Source: Orbicella franksi
Taxonomy: Eukaryota
Direction: 5' to 3'
Assembly: GCA_964199315.1 (NCBI GenBank)
Contig: OZ116701.1
Location: forward strand, 3,968,001 to 4,032,000
Length of the DNA: 64,000 bases
Shown piece by piece: positions 26,101 through 39,238 of this stretch. Every line of letters begins with the position of its first letter. Positions within the stretch are counted from its first letter, which is position 1. The position numbers and the translations under genes are program-made. The notes under the pieces were generated by a model, which worked only from the letters and a program-made list of their open reading frames with translations, had not been told where the DNA came from and did not search any database.

Positions 26101-29100
26101 ATGTAGAATTTTGATTTGAGTTTTGAAACTTTGCATTGAGGTTTTCTGTATATTATTTGGCCTTCTGTTTTGAGTTTTAATAATCACTATGTACACAAAG
26201 AAAAAAACACCGAAAAACATTTGTATAGAAGGAAAAGTTATGATTTGGTTTGATTTGAGTTTTGTAACTTTGTATTGAGGTTTTCTGTATATTGCTTGGC
26301 CTTCTGTTTTGAGTTTTAATAATCACTATGTACACAAAAAAAGCAGCAAAAAACATTTGTATAGAAGAAAAAGTTATGATTCGGTTGACTTTTAATCCTG
26401 GGTTAGTGTTAACTGGCTTCCGAACAATCCTGTCCTGTTTTCAACAAGTTAACCTGAGATGAGACCGTGATCCAATCAAAAACCAGCCCTTGGTCAGCGG
26501 TCAACTTTAAAAAAAACATGTGACCTCGATGAGCTGTAAACTCTAGCCCGCGATATGGTCCGGTGATATTGGTCAGCGGATACCTTATTTTGACAGGTGT
26601 CAATTGATCGTAAAATGGATGTCTAATATCAAAGAAGTGCATGGTAAACCAAGGCTGCATGTCTCTGTCAACTTATTATTTGGAGTATGGCCGCCACGTT
26701 GCGTGACTCCGTTGTCGTTGTCATCCTTGCCGTCATGCGTAGGCGCCTGCGAGCAATACCGCTAGCCCTGATAACCATGAGAAAATCAACTCATGGGTTT
26801 CTTTTTCTTTCCTATAAGAGTATGGGGCTCTGCTTGGCGGCCCTTTGGGCCACCGCAGCTCTGCTATAAAATTTATTTCTTTATAAGTTACTGGACAATT
26901 CTTCACCTCCCCCCATGCCAGAGGGTGGTAAAGGGTGTTTTTGTGACCCGTGATCGGCCCTTTTTATTTCCTGTGAAATGTGAAATAGCCATTTTTTTTC
27001 CTCATGAATCGTGATCTCCATAGTCGCCGTGAACCGTGATTTTCCAAAATGTTCTCTTTTATTTTCCGTGAAGCGTGAAATGCCAATGTTGTATTTTTCG
27101 TGAATTGTGAAAGGGCTGCTTTATTTTCCATGAAACGTGATCTATACCTCCCCCCCTTTACCACCCTCATGTCAATGTTTGTTATTCTGTTACAAGTTGA
27201 GGAACTTTAGAACAGCTACAAGTACTAATGACTACAGTGAATTTAATATGCTAGTGAACTACTATGTTGGATAAGGTTATAAATGAGCAGATTATGCTTT
27301 GTACTCTGCGTCTGTTCTTTAAGATGCAATTTTAATTAATAAAATGAACACGTACCAAGTTTTGGCTGTAGAAACTTTCCAGTTCTACTTCTTGTTCCTT
27401 CTAAAAAGAACTCAAGCGGCTGATCACCATTCTGAAGTTGATTCTGAATGTACTCTGTAAACACAACCCAGTATAAGGGGTCAGACATGAAGGAGCGGCG
27501 CATGTAAAATGCTCCACTGTTTCTAAACAAGGTCCGTATAACACGCATGTTCATGAAATCTGCTGCAGCTGCAATAAACGGCAGTGGAATATCCATGGTG
27601 AAGCAGATGTATGATACAAGAAGAAAGTCCATGTAACTCCTGTGTGATGGAATAAACACCACAGGGTTGTTCTTTGCAGCATCCCTTAACTGAAAAAAAA
27701 AAAAAAAAAAAATACAGGAAAAATTGGGGTTACTGTGTATTACTTGGCATCACTGTGGAAGGTGCAGTTGCAGCCCAAAGGTTGGTTTGTTGGGCTCTAG
27801 ATTGCACCTGCCCAAGTCACAGGAGACCTACTATATCTGAAGATGTTGAATAGATCCAAGGGGGTTCCAAATATTTCTGAGCACAATCTAGACATAATCG
27901 TTTTCCTGGTCCCAGGATGCGTTTTGCTAAATATGACTCCATCACAAATATTTCTCCCTTGAAAATCAGAGAATTGGGGATGTATCCCGTCACTTACACT
28001 GACTAATTTCGTTTCTTGCATTGAACTGAATTGGCTCCAGTTGCTATATTTTTCAAAATTCTGTTAGTTCAAGTTGTTATAGCTTAGCAAAAGCCTGAGG
28101 AATTGGTCTGTAGGTGTGAGTGGGAGCAAGATTGAAGTTTTTGACCCAAACTTGGCACAAGTCTCAGGCATAAGGCATGAGAGTTTGCAGATACTCTTGA
28201 TCAAGAGGTACATATGTAATGTTGTATCCTTAGACAAAGCACTGCACTTTTAATAGCTTGCTCCACTCAAAAGTGTAAATAACTAATTGGCAACCTAAAA
28301 ATAGTGCTGCATGAGAAATCCAGGGTTCTCATTAATTTAGGGAGTAGAGGGCTAGATTCATGAAGCACTGATGGCTGACACCAATTCAAGTGCTGAAGGG
28401 ACAAGCCTCTGGGGAGGTCTGGGGGCATTCTCCACCAGAACATTTTAAATTGAGAGGCTCTGAAAAGCCATTTCATGCATTCTCTTGAACATATTTGTTA
28501 CTAGACAAAAAAAAGTCAATTTTAGAAAAGGTCAAAACACCAAGAATATTAAGGGTTACTAACTAAGACTTTTTTCAGGTTTTATCCTGCAGCACTAGCA
28601 TAATTGAAAACGTATGCCACACCCTGACCCCATGCCCCATCTCTAGCTACAGCCTTGACTGTCCTGAGACAAGGACAGTTAAGGTTCAGTCAGGTGCAAA
28701 AAAACACCTGTGTTTTTCCTAAAATTTATTACTCTTTACAACTAACCCACATATTATTTCACGAAAATGAGTGGCTCAGAAATTCAAGTAACAGATATTT
28801 TAGTCGATGGCCAGCACTTAAGGTCGTTTGCACTAATTGTTTCTGTGCATCCTTACTGTGCACGCAAATTCACATGCTATGTCATGCATGAGAGCGCACG
28901 CTAAGTAATAAAATAAGCAAATAAGAACCCCATTTTTTTACACTTCTGACATAACTAACTCATATTATCTTACTGTGGTAAAAGTCTCAGAAAAAAAATC
29001 AATGTTGGAAAATTTTCTCATGAACATCCTTAATGAGAACCCTAGGAACCTGTGATAGACAAGCAATGTCAAAATTCCTCACCACAAAGAGCTCTGAAAA

Positions 29101-30041
29101 AGGTTAATTGTTCCCTGTTCAGTAATATTTGCAAGCTTATGCCTTGTAAACTAATACCTATATATTTGCAGTTACAGTTAATTAATACTTACCCTCTCCA
29201 GGCCTTCTCTGTTGATGAGAACTTTGCGGAAGAGTGTGCAAAGAATTTTACGAAGCATCAGTGCCATAACTCTGATGCTACTAAGGTTAAAATTATGGCC
29301 CATTTCTTCTAAAATTGCTTTCACTTCATCAGTAACGGATTCAACAGTAGCATTTTTTTCTTCAGCAGTCTGCAAATTAATGATGAAATCAGAAGAAATG
29401 AAAACTACAGTAACTCATATATAGTATTAAATTTAATTGGCCAGTGATAGTAATTATTTGCCTTTCACTGACTTGGTAATGTGCACACACTCTACTATTT
29501 TTGGTTAATATGCCTTGACCTTAAACCAATTATTCTCTAGTCTGGCGGTCCCATTCAGTCAATAAGCTCATAAAATTTGCTAAATTTATGTTCCAAACCG
29601 CCTCATTAATCATTAGAAATTCATTTAGCACATTTGCAAAGTAAGATGTCAAATTTTATTTCCTACATTAAAAAGATAAAGCCAAGTCCAAGCTATTAAA
29701 GTTTTCTATCTATATATAGAAAAAGAAACAGCTGTTTTTGTGTATATTTTTGTGAAAATAATAATATAAAACCCCTTTGCATGATTATAGATATTATTTT
29801 ACATAGCTACAGGTCAGAAATAAAAACCCTGGTAAATGTTGATAATATTGGCTTGATATTATGGGCTTATTACCTTTTCGATAACATGCTGCACACGTCT
29901 GGAGTTCAGAACATCGGATTTTATCTGCTGTGGTGTCCTAGTCAGAGCGAATTTGTAGCCTTGAGGGGCATATCGCTTCAAGCTCCACAACAAGTCGCTC
30001 CAACCGCCCTCCTGCAACAAATCCAGATCAAACGGCTCCAT
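20151..30041 (-). CDS. GNPAT: Peroxisomal dihydroxyacetone phosphate acyltransferase (GNPAT/DHAPAT), 14 coding exons, 681 aa
   Basis: Exons: 30041-29874, 29369-29193, 27689-27356, 25884-25733, 25369-25239, 24709-24558, 24038-23967, 23345-23040, 22555-22476, 22107-21964, 21568-21463, 20995-20902, 20415-20348, 20212-20151. All GT-AG and phase-consistent, 2046 nt. Acyltransferase motifs PSHRSYMDF, GAFYMRR, FFLEGTRSR; GNPAT-type YELLGIPKPKES; C-terminal PTS1 SKL. An acceptor sits just before the ATG, so an upstream exon may exist. Confidence 0.95.
20510..20850. repeat. Interspersed repeat (MITE-like), second copy at ~21617-21850
   Basis: Both copies share GGCGAC..CC.A.GACAACG, ATAACGCACGTGCACAGCC and CGTTGTGG segments. 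Both lie in GNPAT introns. Confidence 0.55.
22603..22989. mobile_element. Palindromic MITE (Harbinger/PIF-like ends)
   Basis: GGCCTCGTCCACGCTACGCCGGAAAGATTTGA vs reverse complement of the right end GGCCCCGTCTACACCAGGCCGGAGAAATTTGA. Same family at 36615-37148. Confidence 0.7.
24830..25005 (+). mobile_element. Degenerate tRNA-derived SINE in GNPAT intron
   Basis: tRNA-like head with A-box-like TGGCTGAGTGATT and decayed B-box TTTCAAGCCC, followed by a non-tRNA tail. Confidence 0.5.
26052..26436. mobile_element. MITE with an internal ~140-bp tandem duplication
   Basis: Inverted ends CTGGGCCGGGTTGTTC / GAACAATCCTGTCCTG and GCTAGCCCAGGA / TCCTGGGTTAGT. The segment from ~26110 repeats from ~26250. 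Confidence 0.6.
26443..26868 (+). mobile_element. Interspersed repeat with GC-rich 3' hairpin (Helitron2/Helentron-like non-autonomous element)
   Basis: Starts AACAAG; ends with stem-loop GCGGCCCTTTGGGCCACCGC about 10 nt before CTAT. No TIRs. Class assignment is inference. Confidence 0.4.
26921..27168. mobile_element. 248-bp MITE
   Basis: Perfect 15-bp TIR GAGGGTGGTAAAGGG / CCCTTTACCACCCTC. Internal YGTGA sub-repeats. Confidence 0.75.
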
Positions 30042-30946
30042 ACTGAAGGTAAACAATCAATTGTCGGTGCTCATAGACTCGTTTATTTCGCACTTTATAG
30101 TTAACTTTATTTTGTATCCGGAAATGAGATTTAGTGCTCCATTCTAAGTGCTCCAAGCAGACGTTTGAAGCATGACCTGCAGTTTTGCGCAAGCCTTTTC
30201 ACGCATTGTGCGTGTGTCGTGGTGACTATTGTTTTCGAAGATGAACCTTGGACTGTGGACTTGGGAACTATGGACTAAAGATCGACTGCACACTTCACCA
30301 AGATCAGAAACCCTCTCTCAGTTAGCATTTATAAGTTGAGAAACGGATAAGCGTTTTCTGTGAACCTAGTAATAATTTCTGACAATCATATGTGGGCGGG
30401 CTGGGGGCTGAGTTAGAGGCGTTGGCCACAGCAGCCGGCAGCCCAGAGGAAGATGAAAATAATTATTCGCTTTCTTCCGGGTAAAAAAATACATCAATAA
30501 AAACACATTAAAAAACATCTTAAAAAAAACTTCCGCGGCTCAATTTAAGGAAGTCATTGCAAAGTTTCCATTTGCTAGCAAGTGACGAAAACAACAAGTT
30601 TTCAAAGTCGAAAATATACTTGGAAAAAAAAGAAATTCTGGGGCTACTTGAGCTTACTTGAGCTAAACTAGACTATGATTGGCCCCAGAACTACTGCGCG
30701 AGGTATTCGCTGCGAGGAGCACTCGAGTTTCATTCTATCATGAAATCTGATTGGCCAAAGAGAAACAAAAGTCATTACGTCACAGAAATCGTTTCCTGGC
30801 TCGGGTTCGCAGACGTCAAGTGACAGGCGGAAATACGTCTACGTTCGCAGGCTATCCCCTCCCCTCCCCTGCCAAAGTAACGCTTGGCTAAGCGAAGAAG
30901 TTCAGAGGTCTCAGAAGGTCAGCAGTAGCTCGTTGGAATAAATAAC
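30042..30946. promoter_or_regulatory. Probable bidirectional promoter between GNPAT and RCE1
   Basis: Divergent start codons ~900 bp apart. Two inverted CCAAT boxes (TGATTGGCC near 30677 and 30748), CRE-like TTACGTCA near 30776, and YY1-like AACATGGCGG over the RCE1 ATG. Confidence 0.55.
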
Positions 30947-33900
30947 ATGGCGGACGTGACAGACCACATTGGTCCTTTTGTAAGTTTCAGTACGATCACT
31001 CGTTTTAGAGGCATTATATCCTGCTTAGTACTCTCAGTAGCATATGTTGGAAGTTTGTATATTTTGAAATCTCCGTATCCCAGGTAAGTAAATGGTGACA
31101 TTGCGGGAAAAGCTTATCATGAGGACAATAAAATATTCCAACCAGCTGGCTCAATGGAAATCAACCTGTCACGGTTTGTGGGTTTTGTAATCGCAACTGA
31201 ATGTAAGAATTTATTCTGGCTTTGTTATTACTTGATCACTGAGTGATTGAACTAAATCAAAGTGAGAAATTAGATTATAACAAATATTTATGGTCGGATC
31301 GAGTTATAAATGTAAGTTTTCGAAAAATCATTTCAGAAATCGATGTGTTCTATTCGGTGGTTTCCAATCGATTTTTTGTTTTGTGAGTTTGATTACATTA
31401 AATTAATCGTAGTGAAATCAAACAAAACTCAATGTATGGATTTCATTTGGCTGAAATGCGTATTATTTTCGTTCGATTGACCGTATTACATAATAATACC
31501 AATTCATGTAGGTGTTCACATTAAATTTAATTTCATAGTCGGCTTGACACCTCTGGAAAATTTCTATCAATATCATCTACAAATTGTGCACAACTTTGTT
31601 CATTCCTGTTGTAGCCTTGAAAAATTGTCATACCAAAACTAGATACATTATTACGAAAATTGCTTACAATGCAGTAAAGATAAATTTTCGGTATGGTGGC
31701 ATGCAAGTTTAAAAGACGTTTGAAGAGTCCTTTAAAAAAAGTACTATTACAGTACTAGAGCTTTTGACAGCAAGTCCTCTTAAACTCACACTGGTCTGAA
31801 TATTTGCCATGCAAACACATTTACGTGGACTTAATTACACCTTAAAGTCTTTTGATTGTTCTTATTTATCTTCAGAGATCATCCCAAGACCATCAGGCAG
31901 AGATTTAGAAGTGTGTTTGTAATATCTCTTTTGGCTCCTCTGTATGTTTGGCTCTGGGCAGATGGAACATCAGATCGCAATGTACATATATCTTTATTAT
32001 TATTATTTTTCAAGAGCAAAAAAATAAAAAAAATAAAAAATACTTCCTTGCAAAACTGAGCACTAGAAATGGAAGAGATTGAGAGGAGGAAAAAATTCAG
32101 TGCTCTTGATTAGTTAACACGGTCTATACAACAGGCCAAAAGGTCACCGACGAAATATACTGTCGGGTGTCACCAAAGGAGGTAAACATAAAGATACTGG
32201 CGTGTGGGCTCTGGCTTAAGAGCCACATACATGTAGAGTCAACCAGGTCCCAACACAGTGTTCCCATACCACAGAAGACAAAACCAAAACAGACTTTGAG
32301 ACATTTAAACTGCCTGGTGCAAAACAACAAGATTAATCAACATTGCTATATAACTGTCATGAGTGTTTTTTTAGGTTCTCTCACTCTGGAAATACCTGGG
32401 AATTCATCTGGAAAACATACTTATTGCAACTCTATTTCCTTTGATACTGACTGTGGTAAGGCAAAATATATGCATTACAATATTTTAAGACAAAACTTTC
32501 TACCGCTTTAGAGAACCTAACTTCTTAGAAAAAATAAAATTGTTTTCAGTTGATTTTGTTGTCATTACTTTCTTTAGATTTTGTTTCTTGGACCAATCAC
32601 ATTATCATATTTCAGTGGAGAATCTGTAAATGTTAAAGGTAAATTATTGCATAACTGTAACGAATAATTTTTACAGATTTAAGCTGATGTGTTAGTAAAC
32701 ATATATTAAAGAGTCAAATTTCATGGTCTTAGCCAGCTAAGAATACACATTGCAATTAAAAAGTATACAGCAGCATTGATGCATGTAATTTGCAATTGGA
32801 GGCAACTTTTGTTTTTGTCTTGTTTTTTTCTTGTGCCAGGTTTTTTTGAATACCCAACAAGTTGGGTTAATACCATTAGTTTGCGGAATTATCTTGTGGT
32901 AAGGTACAATTTTCATGTTTGTTTCTTTTTTTATCATTAGATTTTGAGAGATTAGTTTCCTTTAAATTGTAATAAAAGGTGCTTTGAAAGTGGGTCAACC
33001 CTAAATTGAAATCCTTAGTAGACTTTAAAAAATTATTAAAGAGTGGGGTTTAATTGACTTTTGAGCAATCTGAGAAAGGCCCTGGAGTGTAACTGGGTTA
33101 TTTACAGTTATAGATGGTTGTCATGAGATACTTGCAAGTGTTGGATGTTACATAAATTATACATTATACTTGCAGTGAACTAGCATTGCATACAGAGGGT
33201 AGCAAAAGGGGGCGGGGGTGGGGGCAGGTTGTGATCCAGTTTCACACATAAATTTTAACACAATTCATGCATCACAAGTAATTTAGGCAACTGTCAACCA
33301 TGGGTTTTTTCATAGTAATGCTTACATCACATATGTCTTTAGTTGCTTTTCACACATGGCACTCTTATGTTTGCCCACATAAACCAGGAGCCCATCACAG
33401 GCTCTTGCATAAACCCCTTTGCCACCCTCTATCCAGGAGGGGGATTTACATTTGTAAGTAAAATCCCAACATTTAACCCCTGGAACAGACACTGTTAGTC
33501 TCACAGAAGTTAATGACTGTGTTGCTTTTGATCCATTGAATATATTTTTTGCATACAATGTAAACAAATTTTTTAAGCTACATTTACAGTTCTCTGGGTT
33601 TTTGGTGTATAACTCACGGCTAGGAATTTTTGTCACTTAATTGCTATTTTTTTTTGTACTAGGCTCCCCTGACTGAGGAGTTTGTATACAGAGCTTGCCT
33701 GGTGCCGATGCTTGTTCCAGGGTTTGGAAATGTGCTGCCAGTATTTATTTCTCCATTGTTCTTTGGAGTAGGTAAGGTATATACCAAGCTCAGAAGAACC
33801 CTGACATTTAACAAATTACCAGTAGACTCATTATAATGGGGGCTTGTTATACTAGGGTCAGTTTCACACATTTTACGTTTGGCTGAGCTGAACTGGGACT

Positions 33901-36900
33901 GTTGTTCTGTTATTACATAGGGGACGTCATTACAAAAGGTGTTCATTATATATAAGGTTTTCATATTAAAGAAATGTCTCAGAATTCTCTGTGTTGCTCT
34001 TTTCAATTACCTTTCTTATGATTCACATATTGTCAGTTCAGAGATTTCCTTTACTAAACTCTTGAATGCCTTTAGAGATAAGGGTTGAAGAATATCTCAT
34101 TCATAATTCTTGTTTGACCCTTCTGGCCTGCAATCTACAAAATGTGATAATTATTATTTTGCTATATTTGGTAAAGCCTTCATGTTTTTGTTAACCAGCT
34201 CACATTCATCATGTCATTGAAAGATTACAGCTTGGTGAGAATCCTAAAGATGTATGGTTTAGTGCAAGTGAGTAAAGTTATTATTAAATATGGCTAGCTC
34301 TGGGAGAGGGACAATGTGAACAGAATCCCTCGCTATGACTGGTTACCTGAGCACGCAAGCTTACCCACTATTTCTTATAAGAGGGAGTGTTTTTTATGTT
34401 GTTTACAAATTCTTTTTTTTCCACAATTGCTACTAATCTCGCAATCTGATTGGCTAATTTGCTGTTGTCGATAAGAGTCCAGACAACGCTGCTCGCGTCA
34501 ATGTGTCACGCAATGCCTTTTTCAGCTCGTGCTCTGAAAAAACCATTTTCTTTGAGGTTGATATTGTGGTAAAAAACAAATTGAATGTGGTTTAGTGTGG
34601 TCTGTACTCTTATCAACAATGGTACGCGTCATCACAGTGGTCAAAATTTGTAGTCCACAACATTTTGACCACTGTGATGACGCATATCGTTGCTGGTAAG
34701 AGTACAGACCACGCTAAACCACTTTCAATTTGTTAACTTGTTCATTCAAGATGGCTGGATATTGACGTCATAAATCTTTTTTGTGAGTTTATGGACCTTG
34801 ACTGCATCTCTGCCATAAACACACTAATTTTCAGCCATCTTGACTGGTTCACATATGGTCAAAAAGCCATATGTACAGTTAAAAGAAACTTAACATCACC
34901 TAATATCATCATATCTACAAAGAGTATCCAGTAGATATCTATATCCATTGGACAAGACCTCCATTTTGGTTCGCCACTCATTTGTGCTCTTGATATTAAG
35001 TTTTTCAGTTTGGTTACACAACAGTGTTTGGAGGATACACAGCTTTCTTATTTTTAAGAACTGGTGAGTGCTGAGGCCTGTAAATTACAAGTTTTGCAGC
35101 GAGTTTCTCAGTTAACCAGTCAAACTGTGTGTCTGTTAGTCTGTGAGCAGACTCTGTAATTGAGGATGACACAAAGAGAAAGCAGGAAGAAAGAGGATAG
35201 AAGAGAGAGGAGTGGAGAAAGGCTCTGATGCCTCAATCTCTTCCCCATTTCCCCCCTTGGCCACTTCACTCTCAGACTAGACACTCTAAGACAATCTCTC
35301 ACTCTCAAACACTCTCAGCTAGTTCCATGTAGTTCCAACTGTCTGTCTGTCTGTCTGTCTGTCTGTGCCTGCATGCTACTCTGGCCCATCAAACCGTCTG
35401 TTAGTCCCTTTCACTAACTGGGATACTTGTATCCATTTCCACTTGAGTGTTGATTGTTTTCTTGTTGTTTAGGTCATCTGATTGGTCCAGTGCTGTGCCA
35501 CAGTTTTTGTAATTTCATGGGATTTCCTGCTGTTGACCAGGTGCCAGGATCAAAGTATCCACGGCGTAAGTGTCGACTAGCCCCTAACCGTTTAGCCTCG
35601 ATTAGCCCTCAACCAGAAGTCGAAAACACTGTGTATTTCTGTGTATTTCGAACTCGAGTGGATTACGCATGTCGCAAATTGCTGCGCGTATTTATATACT
35701 ACAAGGTTTCCGCCATCTTGTATTATAAGTCGTGATTGTTTCCACGCCCCTATGTTGCAGACTGCGAGTCAAACCAAGCACTGCAAGCGCGAGATTTGAG
35801 AGGAAAACCTCAAAGCCGCAATTGCGAGTTTCATGGGCGTGCCACAAAGTTCGCGTTCGCTTCACGTGACGTTGGATAGCAAGAATCGGAATGAGAATGT
35901 GCAGATGTTATACGAGTGAAGGAAGTGAAAAGCAAAGATTCCTCTTTTTAGAACTTCCGTATTTCAATTTAAAGTGGAATGATACAAGCTGGAAATCAGA
36001 GAATTAACTTACTGGTGGCAAAATAGAATACGCACATTTTACGCGGTTTATGCCTTCAGAGTAAGAAACAAATCAACGAATCCGAGTGAGGGAAATAACG
36101 GTTATGCCATTAGACAGGCCTACCTTAAGGCGAAACGATAAGGTCACTTGTTTCAGTTGTAGACCTCTCTGCTTTTGTCATGTAAATGCACCTAGTTAGC
36201 ATTAGAACAACTTGATTTACATAACAAAAGCAGTGAGGTCTGTATCAAAACAAGGTCAACTCCAGCCTCGCTGCCATTCAAAGGCCAGGACAACTGTAAA
36301 ATGGTCTGGAAAGCGTTGTTGCACGTATTACCAACCATGTTGTAAGTTGCTGCAACATGTTGCGGAAAGTTTAACCCGTGTCTACCAAGTGCAACAACAC
36401 GTTACCACAAATTACAACACAGGTGGTAGTATATAAATACGCGCAGCAGTTTGCGACATGTTGGAATAAATAATTTCCCCTGTAACTCCGCCTTAATGCT
36501 CATTTCAGTAATTCCTAATGAAGGTTTTTTTCATAGTAAATGGTTTTAACCTAGGAGTGTCAATAATCGTGTAGTGGATCGTCCGGGTGAGGGAAGTTCC
36601 GAAAAGATCTGTTCATTACACCGGAAAAATTTGAAAAGGCAGCTTTATTTCTACGGTTAGGCTTACCTTCCTCACTAATCCGTCACGAAAACGGAGCTTT
36701 TCGAAAACGCTCTTCAGATGGGAGGAATTTGAAAACGCCGGCTTTACGTTTTAGCGTGGACGGAAAACATTTGATGCGTTTTCGAAGTGAAAACGCCGTT
36801 TCCAAATTTCTCCGGCATTGCGGCGGGGAGCCTTCGGCCCCGCCAACACTACGCCGGAGAAATTTGAAAAAGCAGCCATCACCGGCGACAGAAAAACTTG

Positions 36901-38348
36901 GGTGCACTCTTGAGGATTAATCACATGATTATCAAGACGTAGTTGTTTTTGAAAACCTCCGTTTTTAAAATGTTTTCCGTCCACAATAAAACGTAACTTA
37001 AGCCGGCGTTTTCAAATTCCTCATCTGCTTTGAAGAGCGTTTTTGAAAAGCTCCGTTTTCGTGACGGATTATTGTGGACGACAGGCCTAACCGCGGACTG
37101 AAATGAAGCTGCATTTTCAAATTTCTTCGACGTAGTGTGGATGCGGCCTTTAAATAGTGAGTTGTATTTCCGGATCGAGAGTTCCCGTTCGAGCCCTTTG
37201 TATTCTTGGGCGAGACAATTCAATTTTACAGTGCCTCTCTCCACCCAGTACAAGGGGTTTCAATAACATTAGTTATAAGCGGCCACTGAAGGTGTAATAG
37301 GCGGCTGTGACCACTAAAGGGGCCGTGAGGCCCCTTTCCCCAGGGGGAGTCTGGGGGCATCGCCCCCCCCCCCCCCTGAAAAAATTTGAAATCTAGAAGC
37401 TCGGAAATGCGATTTCCAGCGCTCTGGGCATCAAAAAGCGTGCTGTTGATGGGTATTTTTATTGACCACAAAGCAGGACTTTTTTTTTTTTACAAACTAT
37501 TAATTTTTTGATGCAAAGAGGTGCATTTTGAATACCTTTCTAGGCAGATATCTCTCAGTGACACTTGATATCCACAGAAAGTTATGGTAAAAACTAACTT
37601 AAAACAATGTGTCGAAAGCTGTTTATTTTACGGATTCGAACGAAACTACAATTCAGCAATAATCGGATTATTTTTTACATAACGGTAATCAATCCAAAGA
37701 AATGATAACATTATTCCTACCGGTTGACGGCGACTGGTTCCCGTTAGAGTTTGTCCCAGGGTCTGCTTTGTCATGATGTCGAGACTTCAGGTTTTTAGTG
37801 TATCGCTGGACGTTGAAATTATCGCTTCAGTTTTTTGGCCTTGGGTCTGTTTTGCCCGCTTTTTTGTAGTATTTAAAAATTTCAGTGGTCGTCGTTGTAT
37901 TTCCTTTTTTTTTTTTTTTTAATTAATATCATTTTTATTTTCATTAATGAAATCCAAACAGACGGCGGTAAGTGGTCGTACAGGCGGCGGTAGACCGCCG
38001 GTAACCGGCTTTTATTGAAACCCCTGTCAGTAGCATGAAGGAGTAATGGTGAAATGTAAAGAAAACCCGTAACAAGACACTGTTAGCACCCTATTTACGA
38101 GCAGTACCAGAACCCCATAGTTGCTTAAAGCCACAAAAGTCCGATGGGTCACCTTGGCTCCTCTAATCTTCAGGGCTGAAATATTACCGTCATGACAATT
38201 TTCGGTAATTTATAAGGTTTGTTTTTGTTTTCTTGCAGTCATAAGCGCTTCATTCGTGGCAGGACTTGTGTTGTTTCTGTTGCTTGCTGTACCTCTCACA
38301 AACCCAGCTTGGTATAATTCTGTATATTATCAACATCAAGTCATGTGA
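30947..38348 (+). CDS. RCE1: CAAX prenyl protease 2, 10 exons, 295 aa
   Basis: Exons: 30947-31083, 31876-31981, 32375-32455, 32578-32638, 32840-32898, 33663-33771, 34199-34267, 35001-35063, 35473-35565, 38239-38348 (888 nt, GT-AG, in phase). Motifs [32 protein letters not shown] and [19 protein letters not shown]. Confidence 0.95.
34575..34734. repeat. 160-bp near-perfect palindrome within an interspersed repeat
   Basis: AACAAATTGAATGTGGTTTAGTGTGGTCTGTACTCTTA...TAAGAGTACAGACCACGCTAAACCACTTTCAATTTGTT, with inner stem CGTCATCACAGTGGTCAAAAT / ATTTTGACCACTGTGATGACG. Confidence 0.75.
36615..37148. mobile_element. Two abutting copies (36615-36832, 36836-37148) of the MITE family seen at 22603
   Basis: TIR GGCCCCGCCAACACTACGCCGGAGAAATTTGAAAA vs GGCCGCATCCACACTACGTCGAAGAAATTTGAAAA. 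Shared internal segments with 22603-22989. Confidence 0.7.
37251..38026. mobile_element. hAT-like non-autonomous element, apparently inserted into a SINE
   Basis: TIR AGGGGTTTCAATAA at both ends; CAG-type right terminus. SINE-core-like sequence on the left (TTGGGCGAGACA..CAGTGCCTCTCTCCACCCAG) and SINE-tail-like sequence on the right (GATGGGTCACCTTGGCTC near 38145). Confidence 0.55.
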
Positions 38349-39071
38349 AGTAATAGCTCCTCAGCGATTCATTTGCCAAGAAAGTCAAGCCACAGACCTG
38401 CGAGCGATGCATCAATTGAAATCACAAATATTCACCTTTTAGGAATCTTATAGATATAATTCTCCTTAGGGTTGTCAGAAAAAAAATACGGACCTCACCT
38501 ACGTAAAGATTTGTCCGGTCAATCAATAAATGTTATTTTTTGTGCTAATACTTGGATAAATTTTTGAATAAATATTTTTTTTGTCAGGTGAAATATTTAA
38601 AAGGACAAAATAAAGTGACATACCAGACACTTTCCCACGCACAAACGGATAAACTGGTCTTGCTATTTGTGAGAATTAATTAAGAGGTAATTATTTTGAC
38701 ACTAGAAATATTTAATAAATCAGACAATCGAGTATCTATTTTTGTTTTGTTGTTGCTTGAGTGAATAAGTTAAAATGAGATCTCTGGGGTAAATATGGAG
38801 TTATTTTGCTCGTTTTTTCTGGGATTTTACTTGGAAATCCTAACGATATTATGACTGAGATATCTGGTAGGGGCTATGGAATAACCAAGAGTTGCGCGGT
38901 ATTTCGGCGAGTCCTGATACGGGGGAAAATTAAACTACGCCGCGACGTTATGCGATAAGACGCCTAAAACCTTAACTTAACTCTTCTTAAGCAGAAATCC
39001 AGTTTTTACCGCGTGCTTGTTTACTCTGAGTCGCGAAGCTTGGGGAACTAAGACAAGTGTAAGCAACTAAT

Positions 39072-39238
39072 AATAGACCAATTCCGATATATTAAAATTC
39101 TAACTTGGCTCCGAGGCTTAGGGGAATAAAACAAAGAAATTAATTATTCATCCCTCATCCTCGATGCGATTTATTTTGTTCTATTCCCCTAAGCCTCGGA
39201 GCCAAGTTAGAATTCTAATATATCGGAACTGGCCTATT
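39072..39238. mobile_element. 167-bp palindromic MITE
   Basis: Arms of ~55 bp, AATAGACCAATTCCGATATATTAAAATTCTAACTTGGCTCCGAGGCTTAGGGGAATA, nearly perfectly inverted. Confidence 0.85.

Noticed and set aside
35570-35900. Promoter-like motifs (CCGCCATCTTG, CACGTG) and a mini-ORF MAETL in the last RCE1 intron as a distant GNPAT first exon
   Set aside because: The donor would be weak. The adjacent sequence (35667-35703) recurs inverted at ~36425-36460, pointing to repeat-derived DNA.
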